A stretch of DNA of 63,941 nt, filler included, from 6 parts of 6 records of this genome joined end to end with filler, not necessarily neighbours in it, one strand, 5' to 3'; positions 40,080 through 50,495 are shown, numbered from the whole stretch's first letter. The notes: generated by a model from the letters alone, not told the origin. Made by a program: numbers and translations.

Positions 40080-41231
40080 ATGAAGAAGAGTTATCAAGAA
40101 AAAGAAAAAGATAAAAATCTTAAAAAAATCATGAGTTTGCTTAAGAAAAAAAGAAAAATTACAAAAGCTGAATTATCGAAGAAACTTAACTTAAGTATTC
40201 CAACAGTTACTAAATTTATAAAAGAGTTATTAGATATGGGAGTAGTATTTGAAGCAGAACTATCTGAATCAAGTGGTGGTAGAAGACCTGCAACTTTTGA
40301 ATTTGTACCTGACTCACTATTATCAGTAGCAGTTAAATTAGAACTGAACTATTTGCAGCTTGCTCTTATCAACCTTGATGGAAAGATAATTAAAAGAAAA
40401 ATTATAAATAAAAACTTCATTAATAATCAAGATGTAATAAATATTTTAACGCAAGAAATAGAACTATTTTTATTTGAGATAGGTGTTCTTAAAGAAAAGA
40501 TAAAAGGAATAGGAATCTCTATACCCGGAATAATCTCAGATGATGAATTAATATTAGAGGTAGGGACAAACTTCAAACTTTATAATATTAATTTTGAAGA
40601 ACTACAGGAACAACTTGGATTCCCGGTAAGAATTGAGAATGAAGCAAATGCAGCAGCATTAGCAGAGTTTGAAAAACAAAAAATCAAAAAAGATAAAAGT
40701 ATATTATTAATTTCTATTAATACAGGAATAGGTGCCGGAATAATAATAGATGGTAAACCATATAAGGGTTATCAAAAACGTGCCGGAGAAGCAGGACATA
40801 TTACTCTGTATCCAAACGGTAAGCAGTGTAACTGCGGAAATGAAGGTTGTTGGGAGCTTTACTGTTCTAATACAGCATTAATTAATGAATTCAGTCAAAA
40901 TTTTGAGGGAATAGAAACTTTGAGAGATGTATTCAGTAAAAAGAATATAGCTGATGAAAAGGGACAAGAGATAATACATAGTTTTGCTAAAAATATGGCA
41001 ATTGGTATAAGAGATTTACTTCTGATATTTGACTGTAATAAAGTAATAATCAGTGGAGAGATTTGTAATTACTCTAAATATATAAAAGATGAAATAGAAA
41101 ACAATATATTTAAAAAAGACATTTTTTATAAAAATCAAAATAAGAAGCTTGAATTCTCTGAATATAAAGCAGATGCCAATCTGATTGGTGCAGGACTTCT
41201 TACTTTTAAAGATTTATTTATAATGGAATAA
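40080..41231 (+). CDS. ROK-family transcriptional repressor (XylR-like)
   Basis: N-terminal wHTH (ITKAELS...LSIPTV, SSGGRRP); ENEANAAA, GIGAG, AGEAGH and CNCGNEGCWE motifs. Confidence 0.93.
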   Translation: MKKSYQEKEKDKNLKKIMSLLKKKRKITKAELSKKLNLSIPTVTKFIKELLDMGVVFEAELSESSGGRRPATFEFVPDSLLSVAVKLELNYLQLALINLDGKIIKRKIINKNFINNQDVINILTQEIELFLFEIGVLKEKIKGIGISIPGIISDDELILEVGTNFKLYNINFEELQEQLGFPVRIENEANAAALAEFEKQKIKKDKSILLISINTGIGAGIIIDGKPYKGYQKRAGEAGHITLYPNGKQCNCGNEGCWELYCSNTALINEFSQNFEGIETLRDVFSKKNIADEKGQEIIHSFAKNMAIGIRDLLLIFDCNKVIISGEICNYSKYIKDEIENNIFKKDIFYKNQNKKLEFSEYKADANLIGAGLLTFKDLFIME

Positions 41232-41268
41232 ATTTTAGTATATATAAATTTTAGTTTCTTTTTGATAC

Positions 41269-41368
41269 NNNNNNNNNNNNNNNNNNNNNNNNNNNNNNNN
41301 NNNNNNNNNNNNTTAATTAATTAANNNNNNNNNNNNNNNNNNNNNNNNNNNNNNNNNNNNNNNNNNNN
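41269..41368. other. artificial contig spacer
   Basis: N-run + TTAATTAATTAA + N-run. Confidence 0.99.
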
Positions 41369-41372
41369 ACAT

Positions 41373-41810
41373 ATGAATAGGGCCAGGATAAAGGGTTTTC
41401 TCAATGTTTCAGGCTTTCTGCTCTTGGCGCTGGTTCTTGAGTTCGTAAGAAAGGGATACGGCATTCCTGTCACCATACTGGATATCTTCCTGTTTCCTCT
41501 CTCGCTGATCTTTGGATTCATACTCCTCAAGGATTTCTTCTTCGGCCGTAAGGGGGAAGCGCTGCCGGCGGACAGACCGTCCTTTCGGTCGATTATCGGC
41601 AGAGCGGCGAGCGTTCTCATCCTGTTTCTGCCTGTCGGCATCTGGAGCCTGTGGATGGGAATAAGGGAGCCCTTCGAACATTTCAGCGGTGTAAAGGGCG
41701 CTGTTCACGGATATACGATGGCTGGGATAGGACTGTTTGTCATCGCCATTGCAGCCATGCTTACCGTCTCTGTCTTTCGTTCAATCCTTCTGATAAAGAA
41801 TACACGGTGA
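41373..41810 (+). CDS. hypothetical membrane protein (about 4 TM)
   Basis: Four hydrophobic segments; start uncertain at contig edge. Confidence 0.6.
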   Translation: MNRARIKGFLNVSGFLLLALVLEFVRKGYGIPVTILDIFLFPLSLIFGFILLKDFFFGRKGEALPADRPSFRSIIGRAASVLILFLPVGIWSLWMGIREPFEHFSGVKGAVHGYTMAGIGLFVIAIAAMLTVSVFRSILLIKNTR

Positions 41811-41834
41811 ACAGTCTTTTTGTTTCTTAGTTTT

Positions 41835-41895
41835 ATGCGTAATAAAATACCCATTAAATATTGATTTGCTGTTATATGAGTAATATAATTCTCTT
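41835..41895 (+). promoter_or_regulatory. TA operon promoter with two imperfect palindromic operators
   Basis: TTGATT(41861)-17-TATAAT(41884); ATGCGTA-N6-TACCCAT at 41835-41854 and ATGAGTA-N6-TTCTCTT at 41876-41895. Confidence 0.65.
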
Positions 41896-41907
41896 TAGAG
41901 AGGTTGT

Positions 41908-42246
41908 ATGGAATATAGTTTAGCCAGCGATGAAGAGATTTTGCAGGAGATGGCCCGGCTGCTCGACAGGCTCAGGATATCAAAGCAGATGAAGGAGTCT
42001 GAAATAGCAGAGGCCGTCGGCATCTCACGGAAGACCCTGTACAACTTCAGGCGGGGAAGCAGCTCTATCAGTCTCAGGAACTTTATCCGTCTGTTCAGGG
42101 CACTGGGAGAACTGGAGCGGCTGGAGGCGTTGTTTCCGGAGGAGCCGGATTATAGCCCTATGGCCTCTCCGGTCAAAGAGCCGCCCAGAAGGGTCAGGGA
42201 TAAAGGGCGCTCCGAGCGGGATTTCCGCTGGGGTGATGACCAGTGA
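41908..42246 (+). CDS. XRE-family HTH antitoxin (HipB-like)
   Basis: LRISKQMKESEIAEAVGISRKTLYNF..G; overlaps toxin start by 4 nt. Confidence 0.85.
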   Translation: MEYSLASDEEILQEMARLLDRLRISKQMKESEIAEAVGISRKTLYNFRRGSSSISLRNFIRLFRALGELERLEALFPEEPDYSPMASPVKEPPRRVRDKGRSERDFRWGDDQ

Positions 42247-43547
42247 GGGGGAGTGTGGAGGTCCGCCTCTGGGGAACAACGGTCGGCTATCTCGGCTATC
42301 CCCCCGGTGAAAAGGTGCACGCCGTGTTTGAGTACGATCCGGGCTTTGTCAGATCGGGAATCCATATCTCGCCGGTTCATCTGCATTACCCGCCCCGGAT
42401 CTTCCGTTTCCGTGGACTGAACTATAACTCCTTTCACGGTCTCCCGGGGGTCATGGCCGATTCCCTTCCCGATAGTTTCGGAAACAGGCTGATCGATATC
42501 TTTATGGCTGAGAAGGGTGTCCCCCTGTCGGAGGTGACGGCTCTGGACAGGCTGAACTATGTGGCCAACCGGGGGATGGGGGCCCTGGAATACAGACCGG
42601 GGGAAAGGCTGGGCCTTCAGCGGACGGCCCTGGATATAGCTTATCTCGCCGAACTGGCTGAGATCATTCAGATGCGGAAGGAGAGGCTTCATCAGGAGCT
42701 TCTTTCCGCAGAGAACAGGGCTTCGGCCCTGTCAATGATCCGTATCGGTTCCAGCGCCGGAGGGGCCCGTTCCAAGGCGCTGGTGGCCCTTTCCCCGGGA
42801 GGTCTTCTTCTGGACGGGACGGTGAATCACGGCCCCGACTACAGCTACTGGGTTCTCAAGTTTGACACACCCTCTAACAGGGACAGAGAGGGCGCGGATC
42901 CCCCGGGGATGCCCGTTCTGGAGTACATCTACAGCCTCATAGCCCGAAAGGCCGGGATCGCCATGCCGCGGACCAGGCTGATAGACGACGGCCGGGAGCG
43001 CCACTTCATGATAGAGAGATTTGACCGCTGCGTGAGAAAGGGCAGGCTGGACAAGCTTCATTACGCTTCTTGGGCGGGCCTCGCCCATGCGGACCGTGAT
43101 GAGATCAACTCATACGAGCAGCTGATCCTCTTTATGAGACAGCTGAAGCTGGGACCGAAGGCGGAAACGGAGATCTTCCGCAGGGCCGTCTTCAATATAC
43201 TGGGGCGGAATCAGGATGATCACACTAAGAATACGGGTTTCCTCATGGACCGTTCCGGAACGTGGAGCCTCTCCCCGGCCTTTGACCTGACCTATGCCTA
43301 TGATCCCAGCGGCCGCTGGACCCGTCATCATCAGTGCTGGCTGAACCGTAAGAACAGCGATTTCGAACTGTCCGACCTGATACGCTTCGGCAGGGCCTGC
43401 AATCTGAATGAGAAACGCTGCCGGGCTATCATCGGGGAGGTGGGAGAGGCCTTCTCCGCTTTCTCGTCCCTGGCCCGGGAGTACGAACTGCCTGACCCTC
43501 TCAGGAAGACAGTAGAAGCGGCTATCCGATGGCACCTCACCCTTTAA
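42243..43547 (+). CDS. HipA-family kinase toxin
   Basis: DSLPDSFG, GSSAGGARSK P-loop, ERFDR, NQDDHTKN and LSPAFD motifs. Confidence 0.92.
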   Translation: MRGSVEVRLWGTTVGYLGYPPGEKVHAVFEYDPGFVRSGIHISPVHLHYPPRIFRFRGLNYNSFHGLPGVMADSLPDSFGNRLIDIFMAEKGVPLSEVTALDRLNYVANRGMGALEYRPGERLGLQRTALDIAYLAELAEIIQMRKERLHQELLSAENRASALSMIRIGSSAGGARSKALVALSPGGLLLDGTVNHGPDYSYWVLKFDTPSNRDREGADPPGMPVLEYIYSLIARKAGIAMPRTRLIDDGRERHFMIERFDRCVRKGRLDKLHYASWAGLAHADRDEINSYEQLILFMRQLKLGPKAETEIFRRAVFNILGRNQDDHTKNTGFLMDRSGTWSLSPAFDLTYAYDPSGRWTRHHQCWLNRKNSDFELSDLIRFGRACNLNEKRCRAIIGEVGEAFSAFSSLAREYELPDPLRKTVEAAIRWHLTL

Positions 43548-43696
43548 GGAATAGTACAATTCCGTAGAATCCTTTGTTTATCATTACCTCAGAGTAGGAA
43601 ATCTTGTTGATTCTGCTCATTACCCCTCTGTTTTATCTATTGGCATAGATCTTGTAATACCCTTTGCAACGATAAAAGACTCGCAAGGAGATTGAT

Positions 43697-44488
43697 ATGA
43701 AGAGATTAGTGACGGCTCTGCTCATGGTATGTGCGGCGGTAGCTTCGGTGAGCGGGGGAGGCGCGCAGGAAGAGGCGTCCCCAATAGGAAGACTGGATGA
43801 GATCAAGGCCTCGGGAAAACTGGTTCTGGCTACGGGAAACTACGTTCCCTTTGAATTCCTGGATGAGAAGACCAATGAGATGGCCGGCTATGATATCGAC
43901 CTGATGCGTCTGATGGCCGACAAGCTGGGTGTGGAACTGGTGGTCGAGGACATGGACTTCACATCCTTGATCCCCACTCTCCAGGGCGGGAAGGCCGATG
44001 TGGTCTGCGCGGCCATGTATATCAAGCCGGCGCGGGAAGAGGTCGTAGACTTCGCCGCTCCCTATATGAAGACCGGTATGGTTCTGGTTGTTCCTGCCGC
44101 CGATAAAACCGTTCTGTCCACAGACGATCTGACAGGATTGAGGGTGGGAGCCAAGATGGGAGCCACATCCGAGGCCGTGCTCATGGACCTCAAGGACAAG
44201 GGCGCTGATTTTGAGATCGTTTCCTACAACGAAACGGTGGACTATATGCTGGACCTCCAGACGGGGCGCATCGACGCCGCCGTGAACGACCTGCTGAACC
44301 AGCTGGAATTCAACAAAACCTACGACGGACTCAAGATCGTGGGCGAACCCTTTACCTCTGCCGAGCTGGGAATCGCCGTACAGGACGGGGATGCCGAGCT
44401 TCTGGCCTTCATCAATGAGTGTCTGGTCGAGTTCACGGCCGACGGAACGATGGACGAACTGTATGCCAAGTGGATCGTTGGAGAGTGA
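43697..44488 (+). CDS. polar amino-acid ABC transporter substrate-binding protein
   Basis: Signal peptide with spirochaete-style GGAQE; YVPFEF, GYDIDL, VDFAAPY and KW motifs. Confidence 0.92.
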   Translation: MKRLVTALLMVCAAVASVSGGGAQEEASPIGRLDEIKASGKLVLATGNYVPFEFLDEKTNEMAGYDIDLMRLMADKLGVELVVEDMDFTSLIPTLQGGKADVVCAAMYIKPAREEVVDFAAPYMKTGMVLVVPAADKTVLSTDDLTGLRVGAKMGATSEAVLMDLKDKGADFEIVSYNETVDYMLDLQTGRIDAAVNDLLNQLEFNKTYDGLKIVGEPFTSAELGIAVQDGDAELLAFINECLVEFTADGTMDELYAKWIVGE

Positions 44489-44521
44489 TGCGGATCTTTA
44501 TCACTAATAAGAAAGGACCTA

Positions 44522-45184
44522 TTGAATATGAATCTTGATTATTCAGGCATAATCAACAGGATACCCAATTTGCTGAAGGGATGCCTGGTGACAGTTGAAA
44601 TATCGCTGGCATCCCTGGCTATCGGAATGGTGATCGGAATAGTGCTTGCCCTGTTCCGCATCTCCTCCGTTAAGCCTTTGCGGGTATTCAGTTCGGCCTA
44701 TATCTGGGTGGTCCGCGGCACCCCTCTGCTTGTACAGCTTTTTATACTCTATTTCGGACTGCCCCAGCTGGGGATCGAGCTGTCCAGCATGGCGGCGGGT
44801 ATTCTGGGCATAGGCCTCAATACGGCCGCCTATATCTCGGAGATTATCCGTTCGGGCATCATCGCCATAGACGGCGGACAGATGGAGGCGGCCCAGAGCA
44901 TCGGGATGAGCTATCCCAAGGCCATGATCAGGATCATCGCACCACAGGTGGTCCGGATTATCGTACCGTCTCTACTCAATCAGTTTATCATCACCCTGAA
45001 AAACTCCTCCATAGCCTCTCTGGTGACCATCACCGAGCTGATGAGAGCGGGCAACCAGATTATCTATGCCACATTCAGAAGTTTTGAGGTATACACAGTG
45101 GTGGCGCTGCTGTACCTGATCATGTGCTCCGCACTGATGGTACTTTCAAAGTATGTGGAACAAAGACTGGAAACAGAGAATTAA
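44522..45184 (+). CDS. polar amino-acid ABC transporter permease
   Basis: RGTPLLVQL, AAYISEIIRSG and GQMEAA motifs. Confidence 0.93.
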   Translation: MNMNLDYSGIINRIPNLLKGCLVTVEISLASLAIGMVIGIVLALFRISSVKPLRVFSSAYIWVVRGTPLLVQLFILYFGLPQLGIELSSMAAGILGIGLNTAAYISEIIRSGIIAIDGGQMEAAQSIGMSYPKAMIRIIAPQVVRIIVPSLLNQFIITLKNSSIASLVTITELMRAGNQIIYATFRSFEVYTVVALLYLIMCSALMVLSKYVEQRLETEN

Positions 45185-45919
45185 ATGTCAGATAAAATAC
45201 TTACGCTTGTAAACATACATAAGAGTTTCGGGGACCTGGAGGTCCTCAAAGGGATCAGTCTCAGTGTGGAAAAGGGTGAGAAGATCGTTATCCTGGGGCC
45301 GAGCGGTTCGGGAAAGAGCACGGTCCTCCGCTGCATCAATCGTCTGGAGAGCATCAACCATGGAGAGCTTTTCTTCAAGGGTGGGGAGATCAACTCCCAG
45401 ACGAAGCTGACCAGCCTGCGAAAGGATATAGGAATGGTTTTTCAGCGCTTCAACCTCTTTCCCCATATGACCGTTCTGGAAAATGTCATCGAAGGGCCCG
45501 TCCATGTTAGGGGAGTCTCGAAGAAGGAGGCTGTTCCTCTGGCGGAATCCCTTCTGGAAAGGGTGGGGCTCAGCGACAAGAGGGATGTCTATCCGAAACA
45601 GCTGTCGGGAGGTCAGCAGCAGAGGGTGGCCATCGCCCGATCCCTGGCCATGAAGCCGGATATCATACTCTTCGACGAGCCCACGTCCGCGTTGGATCCG
45701 GAACTGGTGGGAGAGGTCCTTGAGGTAATGACGGGGCTGGCCGATGAGGGAATCACCATGATCGTGGTGACCCATGAGATGCATTTTGCCCGTGATGTGG
45801 CCGACCGTGTGATCTTTATGGATGAGGGGGTGATTGTTGAGCAGGGGCCTCCCGATCAGATCTTCTCATCCCCAAAGCATGAACGGACGAAAGCCTTCCT
45901 GAAAAGGATTCTCCATTAG
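45185..45919 (+). CDS. polar amino-acid ABC transporter ATP-binding protein
   Basis: [17 protein letters not shown] and [11 protein letters not shown] motifs. Confidence 0.95.
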   Translation: MSDKILTLVNIHKSFGDLEVLKGISLSVEKGEKIVILGPSGSGKSTVLRCINRLESINHGELFFKGGEINSQTKLTSLRKDIGMVFQRFNLFPHMTVLENVIEGPVHVRGVSKKEAVPLAESLLERVGLSDKRDVYPKQLSGGQQQRVAIARSLAMKPDIILFDEPTSALDPELVGEVLEVMTGLADEGITMIVVTHEMHFARDVADRVIFMDEGVIVEQGPPDQIFSSPKHERTKAFLKRILH

Positions 45920-45963
45920 CTAACAAGCCTTTCTGTGCCGGCTCTTCCCATCTTCTGGAGATC

Positions 45964-47247
45964 CTAGCGGAGCCACTCCGCCTGATCCAGAAGGGGTTCG
46001 GGATCGTCGGTATGGAGAGCCCTGTAGATCAGATCCTGGAATTCCCGGTTGTCCGTTATGCCGGCCAGGGCGGGATCCAGAATCGACAGCTGTTCGATCC
46101 CTGATATCATGTCCCTGACCCTCTGTCTGCCGAAGCTTTTGAAGATACCGCTTTTGTCGCGGTAGAAATGGTCGTCATCCAGCATGGAGGAGCGGACCGG
46201 GAGCATGCCGCCGGGGCTCATATGGAGCCAGGTCGTGTAAACGTCCTGCTGGAAGAGAAACCTTACCAGTTCCTCCTGAGCCTCTCGCAACGCGGGATCT
46301 TCCTGACGGAAGATCCCCAGGCCGGAAAGGCTGCCGAAGGAGCTGGCGCGCCTGTCAGAGAAGGTGGTGATCATACTGGTTTCCTTGAGCAGGCCCGAGT
46401 TGAAGTCGGCTCCGGTCAGCTCTGGGAAGTTGTCGCTTCCCAGGGAGTCGGCCGCCACTTCGGGAAGAACGAAGTCATCCATCAGGTGGGTGGAGTAGAA
46501 GAGGACGGAAACCCTGTCCTGGAAGTAGTAATCCCGGTAACGCCAGTTGTCATCCCCCGGGGGCGTATGGGTCAGAAGCTCCCTGTAGAACCGCAGGGCC
46601 TTCGAGAAGACCTGCCGGCTCAGATAGGCGCCCTGTCCGTCCCTGAGAGCCTCGAGGCCCATGGCCTGAGCCAGGTGGACAAAGCACTGCCTCATGTATA
46701 CGTCATTGGCCGAACCTATGACCAGTTCGGCCTGGCTGTTCCTTGCGCTCCGGAGACGGCTGAGGCCCCTGCCCAGGGATTCAGCCGTCTCCGGGGGAGC
46801 CAGAGATTCCTCGCCGAAGCGATTCGCCCTGTACCAGATGACCTGCAGCCAGGCGGAGTAGGGGATGCCGTTGTACCCGTTCTCCGATTGGAACGCCTTC
46901 AGCCCCCCTGCGTAGAAATCCTCTTCACCCAGCTCTTTGATTATGCGACCGGTCCTGTATCTGTCCAGCGGAGCCTTGCGGGAGATCCGGGACAGCAACA
47001 GGGAATCGGCCATGATGAGATGATTGTCCTGTGCTGACAGAATGGTCTCCAGAGGGTCGTTGTCGTCATAGGGGACGATCCGGACGGAGACATCCGGGTG
47101 ATAGAGCTCAAAGGCGTCGAAGAGGTAACGGATAACGGCTCGTCTCTCAGGGTCATTGTTGGAGCTGAGAAAATTAAGCTGGACTTGGTCCGCCGAAAAC
47201 AGGAGACCCCGGGCTGCGAACAGGAGAAGCAGTATGAGTCTTTTCAT
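45964..47247 (-). CDS. orphan extracellular solute-binding protein (sugar-binding SBP family)
   Basis: True start MKRLILLLLF at 47247 with ATGA overlap on the cyclase stop; FE..HPDV.V, GIPY...IWYR and PGG.LP patterns. Confidence 0.75.
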   Translation of the reverse strand: MKRLILLLLFAARGLLFSADQVQLNFLSSNNDPERRAVIRYLFDAFELYHPDVSVRIVPYDDNDPLETILSAQDNHLIMADSLLLSRISRKAPLDRYRTGRIIKELGEEDFYAGGLKAFQSENGYNGIPYSAWLQVIWYRANRFGEESLAPPETAESLGRGLSRLRSARNSQAELVIGSANDVYMRQCFVHLAQAMGLEALRDGQGAYLSRQVFSKALRFYRELLTHTPPGDDNWRYRDYYFQDRVSVLFYSTHLMDDFVLPEVAADSLGSDNFPELTGADFNSGLLKETSMITTFSDRRASSFGSLSGLGIFRQEDPALREAQEELVRFLFQQDVYTTWLHMSPGGMLPVRSSMLDDDHFYRDKSGIFKSFGRQRVRDMISGIEQLSILDPALAGITDNREFQDLIYRALHTDDPEPLLDQAEWLR

Positions 47248-49382
47248 TTTCTGTACAATATCCTTACGCCGTCCCAGTCCTCCCGGCCGTACTGGGTCTG
47301 CAGCTGCCGGCAGGACTCGAGGAGGCTGTTCAGCGCCTTGTCGTCCGCATTGATCTCCCGGGCCGCCATGAAACGCTTCTCTGCCTCCTTCCAGCGCCTG
47401 TCGTAATACAGTTCGAGCGCCTCGCTGAAGCCCTTCGCGAACGCATGGTCCTCCGGGGAGCACAGATGACTGTAGCCTACCAGTTCGTATATGGTCTGCA
47501 CCTCGCTCTTTCCTCTGACGATGATCTTCTCCAGGGGCCTTGTGAGAAAGCGATCGGTCAGGTTCCACGCCACCTTCTGGCCTATGATGATATTTGTTCC
47601 GTAGATCTTGTTGATTCCCTCCAAACGGCTCGTGGAGTTCACGGCATCTCCGATGGCGGTGTAGTTCATCCTCTCGCTGGAGCCTATGTTCCCGACTACC
47701 GCAACGCCCGTATCGATTCCTATGCGGGTATGGAAGGGGCACAGCCCGTGCATGGCCCGGGCCTTATTCAGCACAGTGATCCCGGCCTGGGCGTTCAGGG
47801 CGGCTTCACAGGCATGAAGGGTATGGTCGGGATCGTCTTCCGGAGCGTTCCAGAAGCCCATGACGGCGTCGCCTATGTATTTGTCTATGGTTCCGAATCT
47901 GTTCAGGATTTCACTGGATACGACGGAGAAGTAATCGGAAAGGTGGCGGACAAGGATCTCGGGGCTGCTCCGTTCGGCGATGCCGGTGAAGTCCTTGATA
48001 TCCGTAAAAAGGAAGGTCATCTCGCGGGACACGCCGCCCAGGATCTGCTCCGCATTGGATTTCATAAGCTTTTTCACATGCTTCGTCGGCACGTATCTGC
48101 TGAAGGAGCGGAGGCCTCTTTTCATGGACATCACTCCGTCGCTGAGGCTGCCGATCTCCTTGATATAGGTCTGTATCTGAATGTCCCCTTCCAGGTTGAA
48201 GTCCGCTATCTTTTCCACCTCCCGCTCCAGCCTGCTCATGGGCAGGCTTATCCGGCGGGAGACGTAAAATATCAGCGGGAAGGCCATGAATCCCAGTACA
48301 AGGGAGATGAGAGCGGTCTCCGTGGCCGTATGGCCGGCGATGGTAAGGATGTTGTCCCGGGGTATGGCCAGAAAGAGGTATTCGTCGCTGGAATAGGCCT
48401 CGGGCAGTTTCTTGACCTTGATCATATAAGGCACGCCCCTGTTGGTCATGATCCTGTCATGATCCTCGCTGAGATCCAGGGTGTCCAGATAGCTGATGAA
48501 TCCCTGCAGCTCCCCATCCGCGGGAAGGTCTGCGGATGAGCCTGCGCTGACGGCGTTTATATCGATGTTCTGCAGACCGCCGGAACAGGAGGAGATGATT
48601 TTGTCGCTGTTGAATATAAAAAGAAGCCCTCCCAGATCGTTGCACTGACCCTCGAGGAACAGGGACAGTTCGTCAAGAAGGATATCGGCACCAAGGACGC
48701 CGGATACGCTGCCGTCGATCTTCCGGGAGAAGGTCATTCCCGTTTTCTTGATATTGGAGAACAGGTAGGGGCGGGTTTTCACGCTCCTGTCCGAGCCTTT
48801 GGCCAATGTGAACCAGGGACGGTTTCTCGGATCGTAGTTTGTATCCCTTTGCTGCAGGGAGCCGATGGTCTGATACTCCTGATTCAGAAATTTCCACAGC
48901 CTGACCGGTTTGCCGCGTCCGTCGACCCTGAATTGGCGCAGGATGCCGATGCGGGCCTCTTCGGGAGCGTTCACAGTGTTCTGTATCTCCTCGCTTGATA
49001 TACCGCTGAAGGAGATTATTTCATAAAAATCCCCGTCATCGTAACCGATGTAAACGCACTGAATCTGAGGATAGGCCTCCATGGTGTTGATGAAGAACGT
49101 CTCTCCCGGATGGTTTTGCAGAGTCGGCTTCTCAGCCAGGATGGGCAGGTCGACCGCCTGGTCTGTGATATAGAGCATCGGTTCGTAGAGGTTCTGTATT
49201 TTCATAAACACCTCTTCCGAGCTCTTCTCCATGAGATGGTTCGCCGTCTTCAGAGCATTCCGGGAGCTTTTGTGATAGCTGTAACTGATAACTGTAGACA
49301 TTATGATAAAAAAGATAAGGGAAAAAATGACGAAAATGATGAGGGATATGGAGAAGCTGGCATCTTTCTTACGAATGTTCAT
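47244..49382 (-). CDS. membrane class III adenylate cyclase (TM-Cache-TM-HAMP-cyclase)
   Basis: YDPRNRPWF Cache motif; FTDIKDFT, IDKYIGDA and YTAIGDAVNSTSRLEG motifs. Confidence 0.9.
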   Translation of the reverse strand: MNIRKKDASFSISLIIFVIFSLIFFIIMSTVISYSYHKSSRNALKTANHLMEKSSEEVFMKIQNLYEPMLYITDQAVDLPILAEKPTLQNHPGETFFINTMEAYPQIQCVYIGYDDGDFYEIISFSGISSEEIQNTVNAPEEARIGILRQFRVDGRGKPVRLWKFLNQEYQTIGSLQQRDTNYDPRNRPWFTLAKGSDRSVKTRPYLFSNIKKTGMTFSRKIDGSVSGVLGADILLDELSLFLEGQCNDLGGLLFIFNSDKIISSCSGGLQNIDINAVSAGSSADLPADGELQGFISYLDTLDLSEDHDRIMTNRGVPYMIKVKKLPEAYSSDEYLFLAIPRDNILTIAGHTATETALISLVLGFMAFPLIFYVSRRISLPMSRLEREVEKIADFNLEGDIQIQTYIKEIGSLSDGVMSMKRGLRSFSRYVPTKHVKKLMKSNAEQILGGVSREMTFLFTDIKDFTGIAERSSPEILVRHLSDYFSVVSSEILNRFGTIDKYIGDAVMGFWNAPEDDPDHTLHACEAALNAQAGITVLNKARAMHGLCPFHTRIGIDTGVAVVGNIGSSERMNYTAIGDAVNSTSRLEGINKIYGTNIIIGQKVAWNLTDRFLTRPLEKIIVRGKSEVQTIYELVGYSHLCSPEDHAFAKGFSEALELYYDRRWKEAEKRFMAAREINADDKALNSLLESCRQLQTQYGREDWDGVRILYRK

Positions 49383-49505
49383 ATCTTACATTATAGTAAG
49401 GGGTTATTCATTTACAATAAAAAAAATGAGTTCAGTTATATGAGGGGAGGGCCTGGACTGTTAACGATGGCTCCCGCAGGTCTCCCGCGGGAGCCGTGAC
49501 AGGGA

Positions 49506-50395
49506 TCAGAACTCCTCAAAGTCCTGGTTATCCGACTCCGATTCCGTCGTGACCGTCGGCTCAGGCGCGGGGAGCGATGTCTCCGGTTTTGATGGGGCGA
49601 TCCTTCTCGGAGGAGCTTGCCTAGCCTCTCTCTGGGAATTCCCGTTGGTGATCTTGAAGTAGCTGACGAGTTCGTTCAGATCCTTGGATTTTCCCTTCAG
49701 CTCTTCGGCCATGGCGGCGATCTCCTCACTGGCAGAGGCATTGGACTGTATGACCTTGTCCATTTCCATGAGGGCGCTGTTTACCTGCTCGGCCCCATGG
49801 GCCTGCTCATTGCTGCTGGCCAGGATCTCCTCGGAGATATCGGCAGATTTCCTGATAACGGGAACCATCTCATTCATCAGCGTCCTTGTGGTATCCGCTT
49901 TCCTGACGCCCTCTGCCGAAACCTGGGTGATGTCGTTGGCCGCCTTCTGGCTGCTTTCGGCCAGTTTTCTGACCTCCGATGCGACGACGGCGAATCCCTT
50001 CCCCGCTTCTCCGGCCCGCGCGGCTTCGATAGCGGCATTCAGGGCCAGCATATTGGTGCTCCTGGCGATCTCTTCAATGATATTGATCTTTTCGGAGATG
50101 AACTTCATGGAATCAACGGTCTCCTCCACCGCTTTCCCGCCGACCTCCGCATCCTCTGCGGCCTTGTTGACAATGGAGTTGGCGTGCCGCGAGTTTTCCG
50201 AGTTCTGCTGAATATTGGATGAGAGCTCTTCCATAGAGGCGGATATCTCTTCGGCGCTGGAGGCCTGTTCGCTGGCGCCTGTTGCCACCTGCTGGGACGA
50301 TTCGGAGATTTCAACCGAACTGTAGTTGATCTCCTGAGCCGTTTTGACAATATCGTTCAGTGTATCGTTCATGCGGCTGGTCATCTCATTGAATG
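49506..50395 (-). CDS. methyl-accepting chemotaxis protein, 5' truncated
   Basis: [34 protein letters not shown]. Confidence 0.95.
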
Positions 50396-50495
50396 NNNNN
50401 NNNNNNNNNNNNNNNNNNNNNNNNNNNNNNNNNNNNNNNTTAATTAATTAANNNNNNNNNNNNNNNNNNNNNNNNNNNNNNNNNNNNNNNNNNNN
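50396..50495. other. artificial contig spacer
   Basis: N-run + TTAATTAATTAA + N-run. Confidence 0.99.

Noticed and set aside
47248-47742. N-terminal 165 aa of the 592-aa ORF as a real overlapping extension
   Set aside because: Off-frame read of the cyclase 3' end; the signal peptide and ATGA coupling place the start at 47247
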